Virus record (IMG/VR): IMGVR_UViG_3300046000_009133
Coordinates: 5,668-69,667 of that record
Source: a virus
DNA: 64,000 nt
Strand: one strand, 5' to 3'
Shown: positions 45,774 through 54,347 of the stretch, piece by piece
Position numbering within the stretch: position 1 is the stretch's first letter
Layout of the letters: the number at the start of each line of letters is the position of its first letter
Program-made: the position numbers and the translations under genes
Notes under the pieces: model-generated
The model's input: only the letters and a program-made list of their open reading frames with translations
Told to the model about the DNA's origin: nothing
Databases searched by the model: none

Positions 45774-48164
45774 TCAACATTTATAGAGAAAATTTTGAAT
45801 TATGCGATCCTGAGTTGCACCTTTCTCTTGCAACACGTCCAATGCGCGTTCATCATAGGTGCCTTCAGCAATGATGGGATAAATCAGCACTTGCTTCGTT
45901 TGTCCAGCGCGAGGCAGCCGCATGTTGGCCTGCTGCCACAGTTCCAGCGACCAGGTGAGATCGAACCATGCCGCGAGGTGCCCTCCATACTGGAGGTTTG
46001 TGCCGTGGCCGATCGAATTATGAGAGACGAACATATCGCCTTGCTTGTTGCGGATCAAGAAGCGATGGCGCGGCCCGCAGTTCACTAGGTCGTAGACATC
46101 GGCTCTCCGCTCAACATCAACTCCAGAGAACGCTGTGCCATCAGTCTGCGCCGGCGACCTGTCGCGTTCGGCCCCGTTCCGTACATCGAAGCCTTCGCGT
46201 CCCTCACAGCTTCTTCTGCACTCATTCCTTGCTTCATGCGACTGCGCAGACGAGTCTTTGTTATCCCGCTCCGTCGACACACTTCCGCAAGATGAAGATG
46301 TTCCCCCTGAAATCCCAGAAGCAGGTTGTTCCGTTTGTTTGACTGTTGTGCGAACGGAGTGACCCAAGTGCAGTTTTCGACACAGTAGTTGCCGTTTACG
46401 TCCACTCTTTCCAAAGTGGAAAACTCCCGGTAGTTGGTAGCCATGTCTCTGAAAAAATTCTCGAAAGTTCGCCAGTCCCGCGATACTGAAATGCCTCTGG
46501 CGCCGTAGTTCTCCCAATCCTGCGACTTCGGGTTCAGACAGCGATCCTTCATGCCGTTCCAAATCCTGTATATCCGACTGGCGCTCATATGATGATGTTT
46601 TTCTGTCTGCAGAGCACAATGTCGGCAGAACTTTCGTCCCGACGAAGTGTGTTTTTTGACATTCTGCATCGTGGTGCAGGACATCGCCCAGCATTCCGAG
46701 CATCGCACGATAACGAGCGTCATCTCCCTTGTAGGTGTACTGCGCCCTTTCTCTAGTTGCGTAAGAATTTCCAACACTATCAGCCCTTTCCCATAGATCG
46801 TTGACCAGAATCTTGTGATCCGGTGTCATTTCGATACCAAATACGCTGATTACGGGCTTGAAGCCCGAGTACGAACATCCCTCGTGTTCGACAAACTGCT
46901 CACCATCGAAGACGCGATCAGTGCTCAGGACATCCGCGATCTTGATCCATCCGCGGAACTCGGTCAAAACTTCTGTCTCACCAGCCAAGCAGGCGGGGTG
47001 AGCTGCCAATTTCTTGATCTTTCCCCGATTCCAGTCAGCAACCAGATCACCCTTATACTCGTTGGCAACCACCGCGTCAGGATGGTGCTTCAGGATCATG
47101 TCTTTGGTGAATTTGTAGCCGTAGAAGATCAACCAGTTTTCATCCGGCGCCATTTCAAGAAGTTCGTTCAGCGCCTCAATCTTTGCCTCGTGAACGTGCG
47201 CCACGCTGCGGTCTTCGCGATAGGCACCACCACCGGCCATCTGCATGAGTTTATTCGCCAGAACGCCTTTCGAGACCGCCTCAACATCGTGGATCTGCGA
47301 GTAGAGCGTCTTCTCAAGCTCGCGGTATTCCTCCATCGCTTTGGGCGGCAGCCGCACGCGCATCGGGATGAACTGTGCATCCTCAGACACCTTCTTCGGG
47401 GGAATCGTGACGGCAAGGTCGCCCATCTGCGACAGGATGCCTGTTTCAGCATTTCCCTTCGGCGTGATGGTGTGATTGTAAGGGTCTTTGTCGAACCACC
47501 GTTTTTCGAAATCGCTCTTGTCGCGTCCGAGCGCGGCACCCTGATCCAGCAGATACGATTGACCCCAGAGCCCTTTCAAATCGCCGGGTGTGCCGGTCAA
47601 CTCGACGATGCGCTTGATCTTGCGGCGGGCAGTGGTCATCACACCGAAGCGAGTCATGTTGCCGCCCGCTCGCGCCTTGACCACAATCTCGCCGGTTGCC
47701 TTGTTGACGGTCTTCACTTTGGTCGGCAGAGTGCGGCCTTCCCCGGCACGGAACCGGGACGACTCGTCGATGATCACCATATCCCAGTACCAGTTTTCGA
47801 TGGTGCGGATTTGTTTGGCGAGCCACGGTAAGTTTTCGAAGTTGATCGTGGTGATCTCGGCGCGACGGTTGATCGCGCTAATGCGTTCTTCTGCGGTCCC
47901 AACCGCGACCGCGCAACTGACGGCTTGTGTCCGCTGCCAGACTTTCAGTTCGTCGGGCCAAGTGTTCATGGCGACAAAGCGGGGGCCGATCATAAGAACG
48001 TGCTGCACTGTCAACCGGTTCAGCAAACTGACAGTTCCATCCAGACTACCACCTGTCTTGCCTTGGCTCATGTCAGCAATGATCATCACCGCCTCACGCT
48101 CTTGCACGAGGCGGCTGATCAGTTTCTGCCCGTCCCAGAGGTCGTCAGGACTGCGAATGGGCAT
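45774..48164 (-). CDS. SNF2-family helicase containing an intein
   Basis: DMSQGKT, IIDESS, LTGTP, HPA|SIGHGTNLQ, Q...RL.R.GQ; ATG at 48164 overlaps the dcd stop. Confidence 0.93.
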   Translation of the reverse strand: MPIRSPDDLWDGQKLISRLVQEREAVMIIADMSQGKTGGSLDGTVSLLNRLTVQHVLMIGPRFVAMNTWPDELKVWQRTQAVSCAVAVGTAEERISAINRRAEITTINFENLPWLAKQIRTIENWYWDMVIIDESSRFRAGEGRTLPTKVKTVNKATGEIVVKARAGGNMTRFGVMTTARRKIKRIVELTGTPGDLKGLWGQSYLLDQGAALGRDKSDFEKRWFDKDPYNHTITPKGNAETGILSQMGDLAVTIPPKKVSEDAQFIPMRVRLPPKAMEEYRELEKTLYSQIHDVEAVSKGVLANKLMQMAGGGAYREDRSVAHVHEAKIEALNELLEMAPDENWLIFYGYKFTKDMILKHHPDAVVANEYKGDLVADWNRGKIKKLAAHPACLAGETEVLTEFRGWIKIADVLSTDRVFDGEQFVEHEGCSYSGFKPVISVFGIEMTPDHKILVNDLWERADSVGNSYATRERAQYTYKGDDARYRAMLGMLGDVLHHDAECQKTHFVGTKVLPTLCSADRKTSSYERQSDIQDLERHEGSLSEPEVAGLGELRRQRHFSIAGLANFREFFQRHGYQLPGVFHFGKSGRKRQLLCRKLHLGHSVRTTVKQTEQPASGISGGTSSSCGSVSTERDNKDSSAQSHEARNECRRSCEGREGFDVRNGAERDRSPAQTDGTAFSGVDVERRADVYDLVNCGPRHRFLIRNKQGDMFVSHNSIGHGTNLQYGGHLAAWFDLTWSLELWQQANMRLPRAGQTKQVLIYPIIAEGTYDERALDVLQEKGATQDRIIQNFLYKC
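46017..46991 (-). mobile_element. intein (325 aa) in helicase motif V
   Basis: Block A CLAGETEVLT; block B MTPDHKIL; block F VYDLVNCGPRHRF; block G VSHN followed by Ser+1. Removal restores HPASIGHG.NLQ. Confidence 0.93.
46085..46777 (-). CDS. HNH-type homing endonuclease in +1 frame nested inside the intein
   Basis: H.MS.SRIYRIWNGMKDRC.NP....W.NYG.RGI.V...W..FENF..DM.....TLER.DVNGNYC.ENC.W.....Q..NKR; N-terminal CxxC pairs. Confidence 0.88.
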   Translation of the reverse strand: MLEILTQLEKGRSTPTREMTLVIVRCSECWAMSCTTMQNVKKHTSSGRKFCRHCALQTEKHHHMSASRIYRIWNGMKDRCLNPKSQDWENYGARGISVSRDWRTFENFFRDMATNYREFSTLERVDVNGNYCVENCTWVTPFAQQSNKRNNLLLGFQGEHLHLAEVCRRSGITKTRLRSRMKQGMSAEEAVRDAKASMYGTGPNATGRRRRLMAQRSLELMLSGEPMSTT

Positions 48165-48613
48165 CAGTTTTGCAGGATTGCCGGGATGGGACGGTCGGCC
48201 TGCCCTTGATACTTGCCACGGTACTGCGCCGGTTGCCGCAACTGATGGAACAGAACCTGCGCGATACCAGATCCCGCCACAATTCGAAGCGGTTTCCACC
48301 CGTGGTAAATCAACTCAAGAGTCAACCAACCTTCCCATCCGCTTTCGATCACGGTGTTAAAGACCGACAGTTTGCGCCGTGCCCAGGTGCTCTTGTCATG
48401 AACCACACCGACCAGATCGTCAGGCATCTGGAAATGTTCAATCGTGGATGCCAACACGAAGCGGCGCAGCGGATGCAGCACCACATCCTGTTTAATGCGA
48501 ATGTCGTAGCCTGCTTCGCTCAGGCCATAGGAGACACCGTGGAGTCGCATCTTCGCACCCATCATATCCGTGATGGGTGCTGCATTCAGAAGTGCTTGCT
48601 GATTGACGATCAT
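48164..48613 (-). CDS. dcd: dCTP deaminase / trimeric dUTPase superfamily
   Basis: SYGLSEAGYDIR, DKSTWAR, NTVIESGWEGWLTLEL, IAQVLF, KYQGQ. Confidence 0.88.
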   Translation of the reverse strand: MIVNQQALLNAAPITDMMGAKMRLHGVSYGLSEAGYDIRIKQDVVLHPLRRFVLASTIEHFQMPDDLVGVVHDKSTWARRKLSVFNTVIESGWEGWLTLELIYHGWKPLRIVAGSGIAQVLFHQLRQPAQYRGKYQGQADRPIPAILQN

Positions 48614-48614
48614 T

Positions 48615-50918
48615 TCAGCCGCACTTGCTGTGGCCGCAGTCGATGCACTGGAAACACCCGGCTTCATGCTTCACGTTCCCCGAAAAGCACTTCGGGCACA
48701 TCTCGCCACCCTTGCGAGGCTCTGACACCTCGACCTCGTGACCACCATCATCAACCATCGCAGCGCGAGTCTCGGCGATATAGCCGATCGCAATCATGTG
48801 CCGCTCGATCACCCCACCAATGGCAGCCAATACCGAAGGAATGTATTTCCCCTCGACCCATGCACCACCCTTCGGATCGAAGACGGCTTTCAGTTCTTCC
48901 GCGACGAAGCGACTGTCATGCGGGCGACGGAAGACCGCGGAGATCATGCGAGTCAGAGCCACCGTCCAGGCGAAATGCTCCATGTTCTTGGAATTGATGA
49001 ACACCTCGAACGGCCGACGCTGACCGTTCTCCACAATGTCGCTGATGGTGACGTATATCGCGTGGTCGCTCAACGGCCACTTGATCTTGTAGGTTGCGCC
49101 GTCTAGCGCGTCGGGGCGTGCGACGATCTCGCCAACTAGGGGCACCACTTCTTTCTTCGGTGCTTCGGTCACGCTCAGAACCGAACCGGTTACATCATTC
49201 GGCCGATAAGTGGTACAGCCTTTGCAGCCAAGTTCATAAGCTCTAAGATACACCGACTTGAAGTCTTCGAAGGTGATATCTTCGGGCAGGTTGATGGTCT
49301 TGGAAATGGAACTATCGACCCACTTCTGAACTATACCGGTCATTGCCAAATGCGCTTCGGGGGAAAGATTTTGTGAGGTCACAAAATAATCAGGAAGCAG
49401 ATCGTTTGACCAGTTCGAAAAGCCGTCGCTGTTGTCGTTCCAAAACTCTCGGTAGGCAGCAACAGCATAATCTTCGACGATTTCTTCACGTTTCGAACCA
49501 TCGTCCTGCAAGACCTTTCGAACATAGGACAGAGCAAATACAGGTTCGATACCAGAAGAAACGTTACCTGCATAAAGGCTGATGGTGCCGGTCGGTGCAA
49601 TAGACAACAACAGAGCATTGCGGATGCCGTATTTTGCGATTTCACTTTTAAGGCTGACAGGCAACATGCGACCGGCGAAACGTGGTGCCTTCAAGAACTC
49701 ATCAGCGTCGAATGTTTGAAAAGAACCTTTTTCGATCGCCAAACCAAGACTGGTATTATAGGCAGCTTCGGCAATCAGGGCCATGACTCGGTCAGTCCAA
49801 GCCACAGCAGCCTCTGAGCCGTAAGTCAGGCCGCACATGATCAGGGCGTCAGCCAATCCCGTCACACCCAAGCCAAGTTGCCTGTCGCTTTTGGCTTTCA
49901 ACATCTGCGCTTCAAGAGGGTAGTTACTCACCTCAATCACGTTGTCCATTGCACGGATCGCAGTTTCAACCACTTCTTCCAACCGATCCATGTCGATCCA
50001 CGAAGCCTCGGTAAAAGCATTTCGAACGAGCATAGCCAAATTTATCGACCCAAGAAGGCAGGAAGCGTATGGTCCCATTGGCTTCTCTGCGCAAGGGTTA
50101 GTGGTGGCAATAGTTTCTATATACCCTATGTTGTGATCAGCATTCACGCGGTCAATGAAAATAACACCAGGTTCAGCAAAGGCATAAGTATTGCCCATGA
50201 TACGATCCCACAGGTCGCGTGCCTTGATCGTTTTTTCCGAAATCGTTTCCCCATGTCGGTTCTCAAAATGCAACCGCCACGGGGCATCCTCTTTTACCGC
50301 GCCCATGAAAGCATCTGTGACCAACACGGAGAGGTTGAACATACGAAGTCGGGCAGGATCTCGCTTTGCTTCAATGAACGCTTCAATATCAGGATGATCG
50401 CAACGCATCGTCGCCATCATCGCGCCGCGCCGACTGCCTGCAGACATTATAGTTCTGCACATGGAATCCCAAACGTCCATAAAAGATAATGGTCCTGAAG
50501 CATCGGCTGCCACACCCTTCACTTCAGAACCCATGGGGCGAATAGTGCTGAAATCGTAGCCGATCCCACCACCCTGCTGCATGGTCAAGGCAGCTTCCTT
50601 CAGATGCGAAAAAATCCCATCCATGGAATCCGGTATTGTGCCCATAGTATAACAGTTCGCAAGCGTGACTGCTCGACCTGTTCCAGCGCCAGAAATGATG
50701 CGACCAGCAGGCGAAAACTCGCGGCTCACCATGATGTCGTAGAACTGCTTTTCCCAATGGGTTCGATTAAAAACACCATCTTCCGCAGCAGCCAACGCCT
50801 TAGCAACCCGCCGCCAAGTATCATTCATGGTTTGATCAATGGGCGTGCCATCGGCAGCTTTGAAACGATACTTCATATCCCAAATCTGATGGGAAATCTG
50901 CGGCAGTTCATCCGTCAT
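48615..50918 (-). CDS. nrdJ: class II (B12-dependent) ribonucleotide reductase with C-terminal TSCPD/Zn-ribbon
   Basis: PAGRI, NCY, TNPCAE, CLLGSINL, IAPTGTIS, KGCTTYR, terminal C..CG.SKC; no NrdB gene. Confidence 0.95.
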   Translation of the reverse strand: MTDELPQISHQIWDMKYRFKAADGTPIDQTMNDTWRRVAKALAAAEDGVFNRTHWEKQFYDIMVSREFSPAGRIISGAGTGRAVTLANCYTMGTIPDSMDGIFSHLKEAALTMQQGGGIGYDFSTIRPMGSEVKGVAADASGPLSFMDVWDSMCRTIMSAGSRRGAMMATMRCDHPDIEAFIEAKRDPARLRMFNLSVLVTDAFMGAVKEDAPWRLHFENRHGETISEKTIKARDLWDRIMGNTYAFAEPGVIFIDRVNADHNIGYIETIATTNPCAEKPMGPYASCLLGSINLAMLVRNAFTEASWIDMDRLEEVVETAIRAMDNVIEVSNYPLEAQMLKAKSDRQLGLGVTGLADALIMCGLTYGSEAAVAWTDRVMALIAEAAYNTSLGLAIEKGSFQTFDADEFLKAPRFAGRMLPVSLKSEIAKYGIRNALLLSIAPTGTISLYAGNVSSGIEPVFALSYVRKVLQDDGSKREEIVEDYAVAAYREFWNDNSDGFSNWSNDLLPDYFVTSQNLSPEAHLAMTGIVQKWVDSSISKTINLPEDITFEDFKSVYLRAYELGCKGCTTYRPNDVTGSVLSVTEAPKKEVVPLVGEIVARPDALDGATYKIKWPLSDHAIYVTISDIVENGQRRPFEVFINSKNMEHFAWTVALTRMISAVFRRPHDSRFVAEELKAVFDPKGGAWVEGKYIPSVLAAIGGVIERHMIAIGYIAETRAAMVDDGGHEVEVSEPRKGGEMCPKCFSGNVKHEAGCFQCIDCGHSKCG

Positions 50919-50991
50919 GGCAGTCCTCTTTTGATTGATTCTCACTTCATAAGTGAAAACTACATCTTGTTTTCAGATAAAGCAACCAGTG

Positions 50992-52290
50992 CTACCAGGT
51001 GTAGACGATGCAATGTCCTGCGCCACCCGTGCCGCCATTGCCACCAAGGCCGGGGTTCATCCCCACACCCCCGCCGCCAGCACCACCACCGCCCACACCA
51101 CCGTCACCACCATTAGCACCGCCTACCGATGCTGTAACCGATGTTCCGCCCCCACCGCCTCCGTGACCCGCACGTCCAGAGTTACCGCCGCCGCCCGCAC
51201 CACCGGCAGTCGGGGCGGCACCGTCCGTGCCAACAGCGCCGCCGCCCGCGCTGACATAGGAACCTGATCGCCCGCCTGCTCCACCAGCGACAACCGTAGG
51301 TGTCGCGCTGTGTGATCCACCAGCACCGCCGCCGCCGCCACCCCGGATAGATGATCCGCCATTTGATCCCGCAACGGGCGTGGCCGCAATACCAGCGCCC
51401 GCCGCGCCGCCAAACTCCGCGTTTACGTTCGTACCAACTACGACCGTTCCGGTGATACCCTGCCCACCCGCACCGTTTGAGGCAGACGTTGGCAAGCCGC
51501 CCGTACCACCGGATGTGCTGCCAGTCCCACCGGCGCCACCCGCACCACCGCCACCCCCGCCACCCGTAGCAAGTGCAGAAATTGCACCGCCTGCACCACC
51601 ACCGCCGCCGAACGCGGTAAGCCAGTTCCCAAACGAGGTGTTGCCACCAATACCACCCGACCCGCCCGCAGCACCCGCTACGCCCCGGATACCTGCCGCC
51701 CCACCCGTGCCGATGGTAACGGCCTCGGTGCTGGATAAATCAGATGCGGCGAACGTGCTCAGCGCATGAGCGCCACCACCGCCCCCACCGCCGCCCTTGG
51801 CGACAACGGCAGTTGCAAGCGATGCCCCCGCCCCACCACCGCCGCCAGCCCCAATGGCCTCAACAATCACGATCTTCGGGGTAAAGTTCGTCGGTTTGAT
51901 CCATGTGCCGCCCACCCCGGAAAATACCTGAATATCAGGATACCCATTGGGGGCGACACCTGATGCAGACCATCCCTTATCCAGCGTGAAAAACACCGCT
52001 TGACCAGCAGAGATGACCTCGCGCCATTGGATATGCGCGACAGTGCCGTTGTGCTTGTCGATCGTCACCGTTTGCGGGCTTGCGCCGTTGTTGAAGATCA
52101 CCAAAGACTTGATCAACCGCTGACCAGCCCCCGGCGCGGCGAGAGCCGTTGTTGTTGTCGCCGTGCTAATCGTCACCTCGCTTGACCCCACTGTCGCCCC
52201 CGGCAAGTCGGCGTAGGTAACAGACACATCCGTTGATGACGCCGCAGATGTGGTTACGCGAAGTGTTGTTGAAGCATCATCCAAGATCAT
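50992..52290 (-). CDS. glycine-rich virion fibre-like protein
   Basis: W.KP....V.VE.IGAGGGGG...GG.GG.G...VYTW glycine-rich domain. Confidence 0.75.
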   Translation of the reverse strand: MILDDASTTLRVTTSAASSTDVSVTYADLPGATVGSSEVTISTATTTTALAAPGAGQRLIKSLVIFNNGASPQTVTIDKHNGTVAHIQWREVISAGQAVFFTLDKGWSASGVAPNGYPDIQVFSGVGGTWIKPTNFTPKIVIVEAIGAGGGGGAGASLATAVVAKGGGGGGGGAHALSTFAASDLSSTEAVTIGTGGAAGIRGVAGAAGGSGGIGGNTSFGNWLTAFGGGGGAGGAISALATGGGGGGGAGGAGGTGSTSGGTGGLPTSASNGAGGQGITGTVVVGTNVNAEFGGAAGAGIAATPVAGSNGGSSIRGGGGGGAGGSHSATPTVVAGGAGGRSGSYVSAGGGAVGTDGAAPTAGGAGGGGNSGRAGHGGGGGGTSVTASVGGANGGDGGVGGGGAGGGGVGMNPGLGGNGGTGGAGHCIVYTW

Positions 52291-52291
52291 A

Positions 52292-52483
52292 TCAAACCAC
52301 CCATGAAAAAATCGGGCTCGGTGGCTGCCAATCGGCGTCACCGTCCGTCGCGCTGGCCTTGGTCAGCACTTGCCCCGTGGTGCCACCAGCAGGCACGCCA
52401 GCGCCGCCGCCCGGCAGGCTGTCACCAGTTGGCAACTCCTGCGTCTGACCTGCAATGGTCACAAGTGGGCGACGTTCTGCCAT
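52292..52483 (-). CDS. small fibre-associated protein
   Basis: RRPLV...G...ELP.GD and PAGGTTGQVL.K.S..D.D..W. Confidence 0.7.
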   Translation of the reverse strand: MAERRPLVTIAGQTQELPTGDSLPGGGAGVPAGGTTGQVLTKASATDGDADWQPPSPIFSWVV

Positions 52484-52486
52484 GAC

Positions 52487-52987
52487 TTACACCAGCAGAA
52501 TCGACGGGTTGCTTTGGAAGTTCACGGTTGTCGTGCTGGTGGCAAACCCCACGACTTGCACCACGTTACCTGCCGCCGATGGTGCCGCTGCCTGACCCGC
52601 TCCAGCCGTGGTAGATAGGAACACTTTGCCAGCGGTTTGGCCGGTCACTTGGGTATTTGTGCCCTCAAAATAAACCGTCGCAGATGCCGCCGATCCGAAT
52701 GCAGACAACACAAAACCCATAGCCTCTTTTCCCGAGACTGTGGCATCGGCCTTGCGCGCTTTAGCACCAGTGGAGTTCCAGATGTTTACCCAATCTCCAG
52801 CAGCAAGTGCTTCACTCGTGGTAATTACCTGCGTATCAGCACTGACACCCACAGGCATCATGGACGAGTCAATGCGACCCGTCCCGTCCAGTTGCGGGAT
52901 TTTGCCAGCATCCCCAGCGCCCGCCGACGCAACAAGCCCTGAAACCTCTGTCATTTGCCCCGCGACGTTTGCGATGTATTTAGCCAT
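52487..52987 (-). CDS. capsid cement/decoration-like protein
   Basis: GAGDAGKIP.LD..GRID.SMMP; SEALAAGD.VN...RKADA...A.GFV; AGGAG SD. Confidence 0.7.
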   Translation of the reverse strand: MAKYIANVAGQMTEVSGLVASAGAGDAGKIPQLDGTGRIDSSMMPVGVSADTQVITTSEALAAGDWVNIWNSTGAKARKADATVSGKEAMGFVLSAFGSAASATVYFEGTNTQVTGQTAGKVFLSTTAGAGQAAAPSAAGNVVQVVGFATSTTTVNFQSNPSILLV

Positions 52988-52990
52988 GTC

Positions 52991-53464
52991 TCAACTCCTA
53001 TAGATGGTTGGTCGCAGATTTACTGCAATTTTGGTTGCGCTGACCGCTGTGCCAATTTGACGTAACGTACCAATGGGTTCGGTCTGTGTTAATACACCCA
53101 CATTCCCGACGAAGATCGGCCCACCTGGCGTCCATGTCCAAGTCGGCTCATCCATGACGCCATTGTGAATATAGTCCGCCGGTGTGCCTATAGATGCAGC
53201 ACCGGCGGTGATCCCGATGGCTAGATCAATGGTCTCTTCAGTGGTGTGAAGGCCCTCTGCGGTGATGACGCGATGTCCACCCAATGCTTCACCGGCGGTG
53301 ATTGTCTCTTGCGCAGGAGTCCCAGGTTCGCCCCGCAGCCCCCGATTCACGTCCAGCGAGACCGCTACAGTCTGATCCCGCGGAGATGCGATCAGCACCG
53401 AAGACTTGCCGCTCGGCTGAAGTTCGACCGTCGCGCGGGTCAGTTTGAGCAGGACCGACATCAC
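52991..53464 (-). CDS. capsid cement/decoration-like protein
   Basis: AGEALGGHRV...AIGIT..AA...G...EP.W.WTPG.PIFVG..G.LTQT.P. Confidence 0.7.
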   Translation of the reverse strand: MMSVLLKLTRATVELQPSGKSSVLIASPRDQTVAVSLDVNRGLRGEPGTPAQETITAGEALGGHRVITAEGLHTTEETIDLAIGITAGAASIGTPADYIHNGVMDEPTWTWTPGGPIFVGNVGVLTQTEPIGTLRQIGTAVSATKIAVNLRPTIYRS

Positions 53465-53769
53465 CTGACCTCGATCTGGACAGCTTCTAGGGTATCAACC
53501 AGATCATCGCCGTTGGAGAAGTAATCCGCATCGCTTCGAGAAATCCGCAGCAGATGCACCCCTTTTGGCCACGTTGCTGTAACTACCGCCGATGCGTAAA
53601 TCTCAAAATTGCGCGTGTCGATCTGCGTCACTGTGCAGACTGTATTTGGTGCTGAACCTGAAAAATCGACGACCGCAGACAGAGTTGTAGCACCAGTGAA
53701 AGGATCACCAGCCTTCCATTCGCCGGGAAGAACGAACGAACTACCGCCCGTGAACAGAATTTTGCTCAC
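53461..53769 (-). CDS. hypothetical structural/adaptor protein
   Basis: GAGGGA SD; TA.WP.G pattern like baseplate upper/adaptor domains. Confidence 0.55.
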   Translation of the reverse strand: MSKILFTGGSSFVLPGEWKAGDPFTGATTLSAVVDFSGSAPNTVCTVTQIDTRNFEIYASAVVTATWPKGVHLLRISRSDADYFSNGDDLVDTLEAVQIEVR

Positions 53770-53779
53770 AACATGTCCC

Positions 53780-54136
53780 TCACATTTCCCGTGACTTTAA
53801 CGTGTTTCCCGTCGCGGAGCAAGTCGTCTGACTCTTGAGAAATTCGATAGTCTCATCTGCGGTGTAGAACACTTTTACCTCCACCCCGACCGCTGCCAGT
53901 CGCTTGTGTTCCTCGGGCTGGCCTGCTGTGAATGCGGTCTTTTTGCCCTTGCGCAGCACCTTGAACTCGATCGGGATGATCTTGCCGAAGCCAAAGAAGA
54001 AGCGATCCGGGCAACTGCGCCTCCCGGCGTACTGCATCTTGCGCACAACCCATCCATTTGATTCAGCCCAGGCAACGGCCGTCAGTTCTTCGTTTGCTTC
54101 CAGTTCGCGCCGCTCAAAGTCGAAATCATCAGGCAC
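53780..54136 (-). CDS. VRR-NUC domain nuclease
   Basis: GW.VRK....GRRSCPDR......IEFK......Q...H.RL...G..V; GTG start inferred. Confidence 0.85.
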   Translation of the reverse strand: MPDDFDFERRELEANEELTAVAWAESNGWVVRKMQYAGRRSCPDRFFFGFGKIIPIEFKVLRKGKKTAFTAGQPEEHKRLAAVGVEVKVFYTADETIEFLKSQTTCSATGNTLKSREM

Positions 54137-54347
54137 TTTCACGGTGAGGGCTCCATAGATAATGCACATTGGTTCCGTAGAATCGGATGTGGCAGTGTGG
54201 GTGCTCGACCAGTGGCCAGTTGCGCTGAAACCGCGCCTGCTGCCACCGGGTGCCGGGGTGATTCTCGTACTGGAAAACCCCTTCGCCAGCAGCGACCGCG
54301 CCACCGCAGCGGTAGCAGGTTCCAGCGAAACGGTTGATCTCGCTCAT
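54129..54347 (-). CDS. small zinc-binding hypothetical protein
   Basis: NRFAG.CYRCG..V.AGEG...H..C; ATGA-coupled to the polymerase. Confidence 0.65.
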   Translation of the reverse strand: MSEINRFAGTCYRCGGAVAAGEGVFQYENHPGTRWQQARFQRNWPLVEHPHCHIRFYGTNVHYLWSPHRESA

